From assembly GCA_046725105.1 (NCBI GenBank), contig JBKOXV010000168.1, positions 1-43,120 of the forward strand: a DNA stretch of 43,120 bases. The letters are read 5' to 3'. The stretch is from a bacterium (GTDB taxonomy: Bacteria > Actinomycetota > Acidimicrobiia > Acidimicrobiales > Ilumatobacteraceae). The position numbers were made by a program, and so were the translations under genes. The notes beneath the pieces are model-generated. The model was not told where the DNA came from, did not search any database, and saw only the letters and a list, made by a program, of their open reading frames with translations. The first letter of the stretch is position 1; each line of letters starts with the position of its first letter. Shown here in pieces: positions 18,926-28,281 of the stretch.

Positions 18926-20261
18926 GGGCCGCCTCCACGGCGTCGACCTTGGGGCGGCCGTGCTCGATGTAGTACTCGAACTCGTCGCGGAACAGGGTGA
19001 GGGCCGACGCCAGCGGCGCCGTGGCCGACGGGCCGAGCACGCAGATGGTGGTCTGCTTCGGCGGCCACGTCAGGCCGGGGCTGATGTTGTCGGCCACGTC
19101 GAGGAGCAGGTCGAGGTCGCTGGGCCGCCCGTAGCCGTCGAGGATGCGGCGCAGCACCCGTTCGAGCCAGGTGGTGCCCTCCCGGCACGGCGTGCACTTG
19201 CCGCAGCTCTCCTTGGCGAAGAAGCGCACGATGCGCCAGCACGCCTTCACCACGTCGGTGGTGTCGTCCATGATCACGATGGCGCCGGAGCCGAGCATGG
19301 ACCCCGCCTTGTCGACCGTGGGCTTGTCGAGGGGCAGGTCGAGGTGCTCTTCGGTGAACCACGGCGCCGACGCGCCACCGGGGATGAAGGCCTTGAGCCG
19401 GCGGCCGGGGCGCAGCCCGTTGCAGAACTCAGGCGCCTCCACCAGCTGTCGGAACGTGGTGGTGCCCTGTACGACCTCGAATACACCCGGTCGGTTCACG
19501 TGGCCGGAGACGGCGAACATGCGCATGCCCGGCGATGCCTCGGAACCGATGGCCTTGTAGGCGTCGCCGCCGTGATGGACGATCCAGGGCAGGTTCGACA
19601 GCGTCTCGACGTTGTTGACGATCGTCGGCTGCATGTACAGGCCCTTGGCGGCCGGGAAGTACGGCGGCTTCAGCCGGGGCATGCCTCGTTCACCTTCGAG
19701 GCTTTCGATGAGGCCGGTCTCCTCGCCCACGATGTAGGCGCCGGCACCCCACGTGAGGGTGATGTCGACGCTGAAGTCGGTGCCGAGGATGTTGCGGCCC
19801 ACCAGGCCGTGGGCATAGGCCTCGTTGAGAGCCTGGGCCAGGCGCTCCTGGGCCAGCGCCATCTCGCCCCGCACGTAGAGGAAGCCCTGAACCGCGCCCA
19901 CGGCGTAGCAGCACAGGACGACGCCCTCGATGAGCTGGTGCGGATCGAGCTCCATGAGGAGCCGGTCCTTGTAGGTGCCCGGCTCGCTCTCGTCGCCGTT
20001 GACGACGACGTAGTAGGGCTGGGCGTTGGGCGGCAGGAAGCTCCACTTCACACCGGCAGGGAAGCCGGCGCCGCCCCGGCCCAGGAGCGTGGCGTCCTTC
20101 ACCTGGGCGGCGAGGTCGGCTGCCGTCATCTCGGTGAGGGCCTTGCGCAGCGCCGTGTACCCGCCGGTGCGGACGTAGCCGTCGTACGTGTAGCCGTCGG
20201 GCACGTCGAAGCGTGAGGTGACCATGACCGGACCGGTCGGGATGGTGCCGTAGTCGGTCAT
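18918..20261 (-). CDS. nuoF: NADH-quinone oxidoreductase subunit F (cluster 2), 447 aa
   Basis: GRGGAGFPAGVKW (FMN/NADH site) and ESCGKCTPCREG (N3 cluster). ATG at 20261 with GAGGGGGG upstream. The track TTG at 20321 is less likely. Confidence 0.93.
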   Translation of the reverse strand: MTDYGTIPTGPVMVTSRFDVPDGYTYDGYVRTGGYTALRKALTEMTAADLAAQVKDATLLGRGGAGFPAGVKWSFLPPNAQPYYVVVNGDESEPGTYKDRLLMELDPHQLIEGVVLCCYAVGAVQGFLYVRGEMALAQERLAQALNEAYAHGLVGRNILGTDFSVDITLTWGAGAYIVGEETGLIESLEGERGMPRLKPPYFPAAKGLYMQPTIVNNVETLSNLPWIVHHGGDAYKAIGSEASPGMRMFAVSGHVNRPGVFEVVQGTTTFRQLVEAPEFCNGLRPGRRLKAFIPGGASAPWFTEEHLDLPLDKPTVDKAGSMLGSGAIVIMDDTTDVVKACWRIVRFFAKESCGKCTPCREGTTWLERVLRRILDGYGRPSDLDLLLDVADNISPGLTWPPKQTTICVLGPSATAPLASALTLFRDEFEYYIEHGRPKVDAVEAAHV

Positions 20262-20355
20262 AGGGCGCACCCCCCCTCGGCTTTCACGCTGCTTTGAGAA
20301 CCCGACAGGTTCTTGGACCAACGTGAAATGGGGAGGTGAGGACCCGTCGTCCCTC

Positions 20356-20946
20356 TCACCGGGCGTCCACCTTGGCTTGGGCCTCGATGCCCGTGTTCGC
20401 CCACCGGTCCGGCGCCACCTTCTGGCGGATCCGCGCCAGCACGCCGTGGTCGGGGATCTCGTCGCGGAGCTTGCCGGAACGGAGGTCGTCGATGAGTTGG
20501 TCGAAGGCGATGGGCGTGACCTTGTAGCGGTAGCGGTAGTTGACCTCGACGGCCGGCGCTTCCGTGCACGCCGCGATGCACTCGACGTCCTCGAGGGTGA
20601 AGAGCCCGTCGGGTGTGGTGCGGCCCGCCTTCACCCCGAGCCGCTCTTCGGCGTGCTCGAGGAGCTCCCACGCGCCCAGCAACTGGCACGAGATGTTCGT
20701 GCAGATGTTGACGCAGTAGCGGCCGACCGGCTCGAACTTGAACATCTCGTAGAACGAAGCCGTGCCGTAGACCTCCGCCGGGGTGGTGTCGAGGAGCTCG
20801 GCGATGTGGGCCATGGCGTCCTCGGTGACGTAGCCGTCCTGTTCCTGGGCCAGGTGCACGAGCGGGATGAGCGCCGAGCGCGGCCGCGGGAAGCGGGCCA
20901 TGATCTCCTTGGCGAGAGCGACGTTGGCGTCGGTGAGGCGGGCCAT
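20356..20946 (-). CDS. nuoE: NADH-quinone oxidoreductase subunit E (cluster 2), 196 aa
   Basis: Thioredoxin-like 2Fe-2S protein with ALIPLVHLAQEQDGYV, CTNISCQLLG and CIAACTEAP. Confidence 0.93.
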   Translation of the reverse strand: MARLTDANVALAKEIMARFPRPRSALIPLVHLAQEQDGYVTEDAMAHIAELLDTTPAEVYGTASFYEMFKFEPVGRYCVNICTNISCQLLGAWELLEHAEERLGVKAGRTTPDGLFTLEDVECIAACTEAPAVEVNYRYRYKVTPIAFDQLIDDLRSGKLRDEIPDHGVLARIRQKVAPDRWANTGIEAQAKVDAR

Positions 20947-20950
20947 CAGG

Positions 20951-22312
20951 TCACCGGTCCACGTCGCCGAGGACGGGATCGATCGACGAGATCACGGCGA
21001 TGGCGTCGGCCACCAGGCCCTGGTGCATCATGTGCGGTAGGCATTGCAGGTTCACGAAGCTGGGTGCCCGGATGTGGCAGCGGAAGGGCTTCGGACCGCC
21101 GTCCGACACCATGTAGCACCCCAGCTCGCCCCGGGGTCCCTCGATGCCGACGTAGACCTCACCCTCGGGCACCTTGAAGCCCTCGGTGAACACCTTGAAG
21201 TGGTGGATGAGCGCCTCCATCGACTCGTCGATGCGGGCCCGCGGTGGCGGCGTGACCTTCTTGTCCTGCACCCGGTAGTCGCCGCTCGGCATCTTGTCGA
21301 GGATCTGGCGCACGATCTTCATCGACTCCCGAACTTCTTGGAGCCGGATGGCGTAGCGGTCGAAACAGTCGCCGTAACTGCCCACGATGACGTCGAAGTC
21401 GACCTCTTCGTAAGCGAGGTACGGCAGGTAGCGCCGCAGGTCCCACGGCACGCCCGTCGAGCGCAGGATCGGACCGGTGGCGCCCAACACGAGCGCCTCC
21501 TGGGCCGTGATGGTGCCCACCCCCTGGAGCCGTCCCCGCCAGATGGGCTGGTTCGTCATCAGGACGTCGTACTCGTCGAGGCGCGGCGCGATGAGGTCGA
21601 GCAGCCGGAGCGTCTCGTCGCGCCAGCCGTCGGGGAGATCGGCGGCGGTGCCGCCGACGCGGATGAAGTTGTGGTTCATCCGCACGCCGGTAATGGCCTG
21701 GAAGAAGCGGATGAGCTCCTCGCGCTCGCGCCAGCCGTAGATGATCATCGACACGGCCGCCATGTCCATGCCGTTGGTGGCGAGGAACAAGAGATGCGAC
21801 GCCATCCGGTTCAACTCGCACAGCAGCATGCGGATCCATGTGGCCCGCGGTGGGATCTCGATGCCGAGCAGTTCTTCGGCGGCCAGGCAGAACACCAGCT
21901 CGTTGAAGATCGGCGAGAGGTAGTCCATGCGGGTGACGTTGGTGCCGCCCTGGACGTAGGTGAGGCTCTCGGCCGTCTTCTCCATCCCGGTGTGGAGGTA
22001 GCCGATGACCGGCTTGCAGCGCAGGACGGTCTCGCCCTCGAGCTCGAGCATGAGGCGCAGGACTCCGTGCGTCGACGGGTGCTGCGGCCCGAGGTTGATG
22101 ATCATGCGCTCGTCGTCGTCGGCGGGGTCGCGCTCGAGCTCACCCAGGGCGGCGACCTCGGCTTCGCTCATCCGCAGCACGGCTCCGACCTCGCGCATGA
22201 GCTCCTTGGCGCCGAGCTCGCTGCGGGGGCGCAGCTCCTGCTCGCCCTCCGAGGTGAAGCGGATGAACGGCTCGAGGTCGATGCCTCCGGGGAGACGCGT
22301 GGCGATGCTCAT
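20951..22312 (-). CDS. nuoD: NADH-quinone oxidoreductase subunit D (cluster 2), 453 aa
   Basis: [21 protein letters not shown] and the C-terminal VLGDVDR. The ATG at 22312 overlaps the nuoC stop (ATGA). About 80 residues precede the QHPSTHG motif. The track ORF to 23323 is read-through. Confidence 0.93.
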   Translation of the reverse strand: MSIATRLPGGIDLEPFIRFTSEGEQELRPRSELGAKELMREVGAVLRMSEAEVAALGELERDPADDDERMIINLGPQHPSTHGVLRLMLELEGETVLRCKPVIGYLHTGMEKTAESLTYVQGGTNVTRMDYLSPIFNELVFCLAAEELLGIEIPPRATWIRMLLCELNRMASHLLFLATNGMDMAAVSMIIYGWREREELIRFFQAITGVRMNHNFIRVGGTAADLPDGWRDETLRLLDLIAPRLDEYDVLMTNQPIWRGRLQGVGTITAQEALVLGATGPILRSTGVPWDLRRYLPYLAYEEVDFDVIVGSYGDCFDRYAIRLQEVRESMKIVRQILDKMPSGDYRVQDKKVTPPPRARIDESMEALIHHFKVFTEGFKVPEGEVYVGIEGPRGELGCYMVSDGGPKPFRCHIRAPSFVNLQCLPHMMHQGLVADAIAVISSIDPVLGDVDR

Positions 22313-22824
22313 CGCCGATCGGCCTCCTTGAACTGGACCGGGATTCGGCCCTCGGCGTAGTCCCTGCGCAGCGGGTGACCGATCCAGTCCTCGGGCATGA
22401 GGATGCGGGTCAGATCGGGATGCCCGTCGAAGTGGATGCCGAACATGTCGTACGCCTCGCGCTCCATCGCCTCGGTTCCCGGCCAGCGATCGAACAAGGA
22501 CGGCACGACCGGATCGTCGGCCGGCACCTGCACGCGCACCCGCAGGCGCCGGGCCTGGCGCAGGTCGAGCAGGTTGACCACGACCTCGAAGCGCTCGGCC
22601 GTGATGCCGGCCGGAAGCGATCGACCGGGATGATCGAGGTAGTCGACGGCGGTGAGGTCGACGCACACCTCGTAACCGTCGTCGACGAGGGCGTCCATCA
22701 ACGCCGCGTAGGCGTCGATGGTGGCGAACACGATCGTCTGGCCCTGGCGGGTGTCGACCGGGCAGCCGTGCAACAGCTCCTCCGGGGCGACGTCCGGCTC
22801 GGGCGGGGCGCTCTGGTCCGTCAC
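22309..22824 (-). CDS. nuoC: NADH-quinone oxidoreductase subunit C (cluster 2), 171 aa
   Basis: [36 protein letters not shown]. Confidence 0.9.
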   Translation of the reverse strand: MTDQSAPPEPDVAPEELLHGCPVDTRQGQTIVFATIDAYAALMDALVDDGYEVCVDLTAVDYLDHPGRSLPAGITAERFEVVVNLLDLRQARRLRVRVQVPADDPVVPSLFDRWPGTEAMEREAYDMFGIHFDGHPDLTRILMPEDWIGHPLRRDYAEGRIPVQFKEADRR

Positions 22825-22827
22825 GGG

Positions 22828-23397
22828 CTACCGGCGGAGGCTCAGGCCCACGGCCAACGGCTCCCCCGGCTCGACCAGCTCGATGCCGGCGCCCGCCCCG
22901 GTGGCTTCCCGCCGCCGGAGGATGTCGCCGGTCTCGATGCCGTGGCGCAGGTGGGTGATGGCGTGGATGAGCGTCTCGGGAGTGGGCGGACAACCGGGGG
23001 CGTAGATGTCGACGGGGACGACCTCGTCGACGCCCTGTACGACGGCGTAGTTGTTGAACATGCCGCCCGTCGAGGCGCAGACACCCATGGAGATGACCCA
23101 CTTGGGCTCGGGCATCTGGTCGTAGACCTGGCGGAGGACCGGCGCCATCTTCTGGCTCACGCGGCCGGCCACGATCATGATGTCGGCCTGGCGGGGCGAC
23201 GCCCGGAACACCTCCATCCCGAACCGGGCCAGGTCGTAGTGGGCGGCGCCGGTGCCGATCATCTCGATGGCGCAACAGGCCAGGCCGAAGGTGACGCCCC
23301 ACGTGGAGCGGGCGCGCGCCCATTGCACGACGTCTTCGATCCGAGCCGTGACGGCGTTGTAGCCGAGGCCCTCGAAGCCTTCGTCTTTGAAGCCCAT
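22828..23397 (-). CDS. nuoB: NADH-quinone oxidoreductase subunit B (cluster 2), 189 aa
   Basis: [50 protein letters not shown] and APGCPPTPE. Confidence 0.94.
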   Translation of the reverse strand: MGFKDEGFEGLGYNAVTARIEDVVQWARARSTWGVTFGLACCAIEMIGTGAAHYDLARFGMEVFRASPRQADIMIVAGRVSQKMAPVLRQVYDQMPEPKWVISMGVCASTGGMFNNYAVVQGVDEVVPVDIYAPGCPPTPETLIHAITHLRHGIETGDILRRREATGAGAGIELVEPGEPLAVGLSLRR

Positions 23398-23398
23398 C

Positions 23399-23872
23399 TC
23401 AGGCCGCCTCGCCGGGCTCGCCGGGCTCGTTGCGGCCTTCGGTACCGACCCGGCGGATGGTGCTGGTCGTGGTGCGCTCGGCCGACACCATCGGGCTCAT
23501 TCCCCTCAAGCGGCGGATCGGCCCCCAGTCGAGCCCGCCCTTGGCCACGACGTACACGAAGGCGGCGAAGAAGACGATGCTGAAGGCGACGATCTCCCAG
23601 AAGGCGTAGGCACCGAGCTCGGCTCGGGCCACGACATAGGGATAGAGGAACACGATCTCGATGTCGAAGATGATGAACAGCATCGCCACGAGGTAGAAGC
23701 TCACGCCGAAGCGCTCGGGCGGCTCTTTGGACGGCACGATGCCGCACTCGTAGGGCGCCACCTTGGCGGCCGTCGGCCGGCCCTTTATCAGCAGCTTGTT
23801 GGTGATGAAGCTGCCCAACGCGAACACGATCCCCAGCCCGAGCAGCAGGACGACTGCGAGGTACTGGCCCAT
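23399..23872 (-). CDS. nuoA: NADH-quinone oxidoreductase subunit A (cluster 2), 157 aa with a C-terminal extension
   Basis: YECGIVP and [21 protein letters not shown] overlaps the stop of the upstream gene (10-nt gap). Confidence 0.92.
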   Translation of the reverse strand: MGQYLAVVLLLGLGIVFALGSFITNKLLIKGRPTAAKVAPYECGIVPSKEPPERFGVSFYLVAMLFIIFDIEIVFLYPYVVARAELGAYAFWEIVAFSIVFFAAFVYVVAKGGLDWGPIRRLRGMSPMVSAERTTTSTIRRVGTEGRNEPGEPGEAA

Positions 23873-23882
23873 TCAGACCTTC

Positions 23883-24683
23883 CTAGACCTCGGCGGGGAC
23901 GGGTTCGAGCGACTCGCTGGTGGTGGTGGCCCGGTTGGCGGCCACCAATCTCTCACGCCTGTGCAGCCAGCGGCACAGGAACAGGAAGATGATGGTGGAC
24001 CCGATGCAGATGAGGGCGGCCGGCCGCCGCCGATTCCCCAGGTCGCGCTCCATCAGGACGTAGCGGGTGGGCGCGTTCGGGTCGGCCACAGGCGTCGGTG
24101 GAGCTTTGCCCGGCTCGGTGTTCTGCTTGACGACCGGCTGCACCTGCACCAGGGCGTAGTGCGGCTTGTGCAGGAAGGCGAAGAAGTCGAAATCGCCGAT
24201 CTTCGGATACCGCTCGCCACCCTTGTCGAACACGGCGACGGTGATGTAGTCGCCCGCCTTGAAGACCTGAGCCTGGTTCTGCAGGATGTCGTCGGAGGCC
24301 GCCACGGCCTGGCCCCGCTCGGGGTCGTCGGGCGCCAGCATCGTCCAGTCGTCGACCTCGCTCGTCTCGGTGGACTGGAGGAACCCGTCGCCCCCGATGA
24401 CTTCGTTGGTGGCGAGGGCGGCCGCCCCGTTCACGACGGTGACGGGCTTCCACGACGGGTCCTTGCCCTTGAGCCCGATGCCGTACACCCACCACACGGC
24501 TGACATCAGCACGATCCAACCGAAGAAGCCGGTGACGGCCACGAGGAAGCCGAGGCGCGACCCGAGGTTGGTGCCGAGGACGACATAAACGCTGCCGCAC
24601 AGCACGGCGACGCCGATGAGCACGACGATGATGCCGCGCAGGAACGGCGACCACGTAACGGCGAAGGTGAGGGCGTGACCCAT
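23883..24683 (-). CDS. Hypothetical integral membrane protein, 266 aa, between the cytochrome c gene and nuoA
   Basis: ATG at 24683 shares 1 nt with the cytochrome c stop (TGATG). N-terminal TM helices (IIVVLIGVAVLCGSVYVVLG, FLVAVTGFFGWIVLMSAVWWVYGI), a hydrophilic domain of about 150 aa and a C-terminal TM (ALICIGSTIIFLFLC). No family recognised. The track ORF to 24950 is read-through. Confidence 0.7.
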   Translation of the reverse strand: MGHALTFAVTWSPFLRGIIVVLIGVAVLCGSVYVVLGTNLGSRLGFLVAVTGFFGWIVLMSAVWWVYGIGLKGKDPSWKPVTVVNGAAALATNEVIGGDGFLQSTETSEVDDWTMLAPDDPERGQAVAASDDILQNQAQVFKAGDYITVAVFDKGGERYPKIGDFDFFAFLHKPHYALVQVQPVVKQNTEPGKAPPTPVADPNAPTRYVLMERDLGNRRRPAALICIGSTIIFLFLCRWLHRRERLVAANRATTTSESLEPVPAEV

Positions 24684-25771
24684 CAGAGACTCCGCTCGTA
24701 TTCGACGATCGCGGCGACCTGCTCGGGGGTGAGCATCTGCCCGAAGGCGGGCATCCGCCCCGTGCCCTGGCCCTGCTGCCCGTATTTCTTGCCGTCCTCC
24801 GAGCCGGTCTGGACGAAGTCGATGTGGTCGTTGGCGAGGGGGAACTGGCGGACGTCGTCGCCGTTGGTGAGGTTGGGCCCGAGGGCGCTGCCGCCGCCGG
24901 CGAGCTTCGGATCGCCGTAGGACCACCCTTGCGTGTGGCAGCGAGCGCACGAGTAGGCGCCGCTGTTGAGCGTGAGGTTGAAGAGTGCCTCACCGAGCGT
25001 CTTGTACGTGCCGTCCTGGACCGACTTCTCGGCCGCCGCCTGGATCTCGGCCTGCGTGTTCGCCGCCGGCTTGGCGGGATCGCCGGCGGGCAGGTGGCCG
25101 TCCTCGCAGGTGGTCTGCCCTTCAGGGCAGCCCTCCATCGGCACCTGGATGCTCTTGAGGTACTCGATGAGGTCGGAGATCTGCTGGTCGTTCATGGGCC
25201 CGCCGCCGGCCACGCCCCACGGCGACATGGGCGAGAAGGGCCGGCCGTAGGTGATGATGAACGTGACCTCGTCGGTGGTGAAGCGGTAGAGCACCGTGTT
25301 CAGGGCCGGGGCGTTCCAGTTGACGGCCTTCACCTCACCGGTGCGGGCGTCGGTGATCGTGTACGGCGCCACGCCGCCCTGGGCCTTCATGCCGCCGTGG
25401 CAGCCGGCGCAGTTGAAGCCACCGTCGGCCGTGGTGGCGAAGTCGAGCGAACCCCAATGGGCGAACCTCTCGTTGAACCCCTCGACGGCGCCGGCCTGGC
25501 GGGCCGGCTCGCGCAACCAGTACAGGGCCAGCCCCACGACGGTGACGACGAGCATCAGGAGGCCGATGGCCTGGACCCGTTCGAGGCGGCGGCCTTCGAG
25601 GACCTCGTCGTCGTAGTACGGCTTGCGATTCGGGGCCAGCTCGAGCTCGGACCCGAGCTCGGGCCGGACACCGCGCCAGACGTTCCACAGGAAGTAGACG
25701 AGCCATCCCGCCGTCAACACCACCAGGATGATGATGGCGATGCTCTGGGTTGACGCCTTGGCGTAGATCAT
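24683..25771 (-). CDS. Membrane-anchored dihaem c-type cytochrome (QcrC-like function), 362 aa
   Basis: Two CxxCH motifs (CAGCHG, CARCHT) with candidate Met ligands (PMSPWG, RMPAFG). Two N-terminal TM helices. The ATG overlaps the Rieske stop (ATGA). Confidence 0.88.
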   Translation of the reverse strand: MIYAKASTQSIAIIILVVLTAGWLVYFLWNVWRGVRPELGSELELAPNRKPYYDDEVLEGRRLERVQAIGLLMLVVTVVGLALYWLREPARQAGAVEGFNERFAHWGSLDFATTADGGFNCAGCHGGMKAQGGVAPYTITDARTGEVKAVNWNAPALNTVLYRFTTDEVTFIITYGRPFSPMSPWGVAGGGPMNDQQISDLIEYLKSIQVPMEGCPEGQTTCEDGHLPAGDPAKPAANTQAEIQAAAEKSVQDGTYKTLGEALFNLTLNSGAYSCARCHTQGWSYGDPKLAGGGSALGPNLTNGDDVRQFPLANDHIDFVQTGSEDGKKYGQQGQGTGRMPAFGQMLTPEQVAAIVEYERSL

Positions 25772-26637
25772 GCGTGGGATCCGCCGGCGACGTTGATGCA
25801 GTGCGGGCCCTCGGCCTCCTGGCCCGTGGTGTTGGTACCGATGGGCGGGCCGAGGGAGATGGTGCTGGTGTCGATGATGAGGTTGCCGCCGGTGATGGCC
25901 ACGGCGAAGCGGTCGAGGCCGCGGGGCGCCGGACCACCCTTCTTCTCACCGACGCGGTTGTACTGCGACCCGTGGCACGGGCACTCGAACCACTGCGAGG
26001 TCTCGCAGAAGGGCACCCGGCAGCCGAGGTGTACGCACTTCTGATAGAGGGCCACGAAGCCGGCTTCCATGCCGGTGAGTACGGCGCCCTTGTACACGGC
26101 TTCCGCCTTCGGCAGGGCGGCGGACGGGTACTGCACGAGCCAGGTGCGGGCTTCGGCGAGGTAGAGGGCGTTCTTCGACGACTCGATCTGCCCCTTCAGA
26201 TCGTCGGTCTTGCCGGCGTTGATCTTGGAGCCGAACCCGCCGCCGACCTTCGGCCACAGGAAGGCGATGCAGGCCACACCAAAGCCGCCGATGCCCACGC
26301 TCATCAGCGTGACCGTCGACCGGTTGAAGAACTGTCGGCGGGTGAAGCCGACGGTCTCGGGGTCGGGGGGCACGTACGGCGCGGGCGTGAGCGACGGGGC
26401 CGGCTCGAGCGCGCCGGTGCGATCCGAGACGGCGGCCCGCTCGATCTCCCGACCGGTGGGCACGTGCTCGTCGACCGTGGACGGCGGCGTGCTGCTGCGG
26501 TCCCTGCGCCTGGTCTCCCGTGACAGCGAGCCAGCGCCGCGCCGGACGTCACCCCGGCGGGCGGCGCTGACCAAGGCGATGGCGGCCAGCACGACCAGAG
26601 CGGCGATGACAATGGCGATGACTGCGGCGGAGCTCAT
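25768..26637 (-). CDS. Rieske [2Fe-2S] subunit of a cytochrome bc-type complex, 289 aa
   Basis: Rieske boxes CVHLGC and CPCHGSQYN. An internal twin-arginine-like TRRQFF precedes the second TM. There is an extra N-terminal TM. Confidence 0.9.
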   Translation of the reverse strand: MSSAAVIAIVIAALVVLAAIALVSAARRGDVRRGAGSLSRETRRRDRSSTPPSTVDEHVPTGREIERAAVSDRTGALEPAPSLTPAPYVPPDPETVGFTRRQFFNRSTVTLMSVGIGGFGVACIAFLWPKVGGGFGSKINAGKTDDLKGQIESSKNALYLAEARTWLVQYPSAALPKAEAVYKGAVLTGMEAGFVALYQKCVHLGCRVPFCETSQWFECPCHGSQYNRVGEKKGGPAPRGLDRFAVAITGGNLIIDTSTISLGPPIGTNTTGQEAEGPHCINVAGGSHA

Positions 26638-26646
26638 CAGTAGGTC

Positions 26647-27486
26647 CTAGAGATCGAAGAACATGCCGTCACGCCACGGGAAGGTGAAGTTGAAGCCGGG
26701 CCCGCGGAAGAACGAGCCGATGATGACGAGGACGGCCCAGAACATCAGGAAGATCGTGAAGATGGAGATGGCGAACTTGCGGTCCTCGGGCTTGATGCTG
26801 GGGTTGCGGTCGATGTACGGCGCCAGGATGAGCCCGAAGATGCCCATACCCGGGATGGTGACGCCGGCCACCATCGGGTGGAACATCGTGAGCAGCTCCT
26901 GCAACCCGAGGAAGTACCACGGCGCCTTGGACGGGTTGGGCGTGCGGTTCACGTTGGCGAGCTGCAGGAGGGGGGCGTTCACGAAGATCGAGAAAACGAG
27001 GGTGAAGGCGGTGCAGACGAGGGCGGCCACGAATTCACCCACCAGGAGGTGGGGCCAGGTGTGGACCTTGTCGACCGGGGTGGCCTTCACCTCCTGGATC
27101 GAGCCGGACTTCACCACCGTGAGCAGGCGCTGGGTGTGACCACCCGGGCCGGCGCCGACGGGGAGACCGGCCGTCGGCACGGCCGCCGCGCTGGGGCGTT
27201 CGGCCACCGCCACGCCGCCGCCTTCACCGCCACCGCCGTCGTCGCCGCCACCGCCTCCCTCGGCCCGGGCCTTGGCCGCCCGGCTGCGCTCGAGCAGGTG
27301 GGCCGGGATGCGCGACTCCGCCTCGGACGGGGGCGTCTCGGCACCGCCGGCGGCGGCGCCGGCCGGGGTCTCGGCCGTCGGAGTCTCGGCGGCATCACCG
27401 CCACCGCCGGCGGCCGCCTTGGCGGCCTCGGCCTTCTGCCGGGCCTCTTCGGCGCGCTTGCGCAGGTGCTCCGGGATCTCCGTCAT
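26647..27486 (-). CDS. Cytochrome b C-terminal domain / subunit IV (PetD/QcrC-N)-like protein with a low-complexity N-terminal extension of about 115 aa, 279 aa
   Basis: Three TMs. PNPSKAPWYFLGLQELL aligns with the PEWY Qo-loop region. Starts 1 nt after the b6 stop. The N-terminus is MTEIPEHLRKR. Confidence 0.85.
   Translation of the reverse strand: MTEIPEHLRKRAEEARQKAEAAKAAAGGGGDAAETPTAETPAGAAAGGAETPPSEAESRIPAHLLERSRAAKARAEGGGGGDDGGGGEGGGVAVAERPSAAAVPTAGLPVGAGPGGHTQRLLTVVKSGSIQEVKATPVDKVHTWPHLLVGEFVAALVCTAFTLVFSIFVNAPLLQLANVNRTPNPSKAPWYFLGLQELLTMFHPMVAGVTIPGMGIFGLILAPYIDRNPSIKPEDRKFAISIFTIFLMFWAVLVIIGSFFRGPGFNFTFPWRDGMFFDL
27462..27485. repeat. 24-nt perfect inverted repeat, copy A (5' end of the subunit-IV-like gene)
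   Basis: The minus strand reads TGACGGAGATCCCGGAGCACCTGC, identical to plus-strand 29453..29476. Covers codons 1-8 (MTEIPEHL). Confidence 0.95.
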
Positions 27487-27487
27487 C

Positions 27488-28273
27488 TCACAACGGCCCC
27501 GAGATCCCGCCGTCCTTGCGGACTCGCCAGAAGTGGATGGCCATGAAGATCACGATCACGAACGGGAGCATCAGCACGTGGAGCACGTACCACCGCAGCA
27601 GCGTCTCCGACCCGATCTCGACGCCGCCGAGCAGCACGAACCTGACCTGGCTGCCGAATACGGGGGTGTACCCCATCATGTTGGTGCCGACGGTGACGGC
27701 CCACAGGGAGAGTTGGTCCCAGGGCAGCAGGTAGCCCGTGAACGACAGCAACAGCGTCAGGGTGAGGAGGATGACGCCGATCACCCAGTTGAACTCCCGG
27801 GGCGGCTTGTACGCCCCGTGGTAGAAGACCCGCGCCATGTGGAGGAACACCGAGAGCACCATGAGGTGGGCGGCCCATCGGTGCATGTTGCGTACGAGCA
27901 GACCGAACGTCACCGACGTCTGCAGGGTGTAGATGTCGTTCCACGCCTGGGCCGTCGTGGGCCGGTAGAAGAACATCAGGAAGATGCCGGTGACCGTCAG
28001 CAGGATGAAGAGGAAAAAGCTGAGCCCGCCGAGGCAGAGCGTGTAGCTCACCTTCACCGCGTGGCGCTTCACCTTCACCGGGTGCAGGTGGTACAGCACC
28101 GAGTTCATGATCACGTAGGAACGGTTGCGGGGGCTGTCCGTGTAGCCCTTGCGGAAGATCGAGCCAGGTCGGAAGATCGAGTTCCAGGCCTGTGACCCCT
28201 GGATCTTGCCGTTGAGCTCGCTGATGCGCTCGCCGGGGGTCTTCCGGGGCTTCTCGTCGATCGTCTTGGCCAC
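27488..28273 (-). CDS. Cytochrome b6-type (split, N-terminal four-helix) cytochrome b, 261 aa
   Basis: His pairs in MHRWAAHLMVLSVFLH (13-residue spacing) and LHVLMLPFVIVIFMAIH (14-residue spacing, the b6 type). Cys in YTLCLGG sits at the position of the haem-ci Cys. GTG start with AGGAG 6 nt upstream. Confidence 0.9.
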   Translation of the reverse strand: MAKTIDEKPRKTPGERISELNGKIQGSQAWNSIFRPGSIFRKGYTDSPRNRSYVIMNSVLYHLHPVKVKRHAVKVSYTLCLGGLSFFLFILLTVTGIFLMFFYRPTTAQAWNDIYTLQTSVTFGLLVRNMHRWAAHLMVLSVFLHMARVFYHGAYKPPREFNWVIGVILLTLTLLLSFTGYLLPWDQLSLWAVTVGTNMMGYTPVFGSQVRFVLLGGVEIGSETLLRWYVLHVLMLPFVIVIFMAIHFWRVRKDGGISGPL

Positions 28274-28281
28274 GAGGTCTC

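Noticed and set aside
2-23872. The idea that the two nuo clusters are a recent tandem duplication followed by deletion of nuoEFG.
   Set aside because: The paralogous proteins differ extensively, even in conserved loops (the NuoB cluster-binding loop, NuoK, NuoH N-termini, NuoC tails). I saw no nucleotide-level similarity. An old paralogy or a separate origin is more likely.
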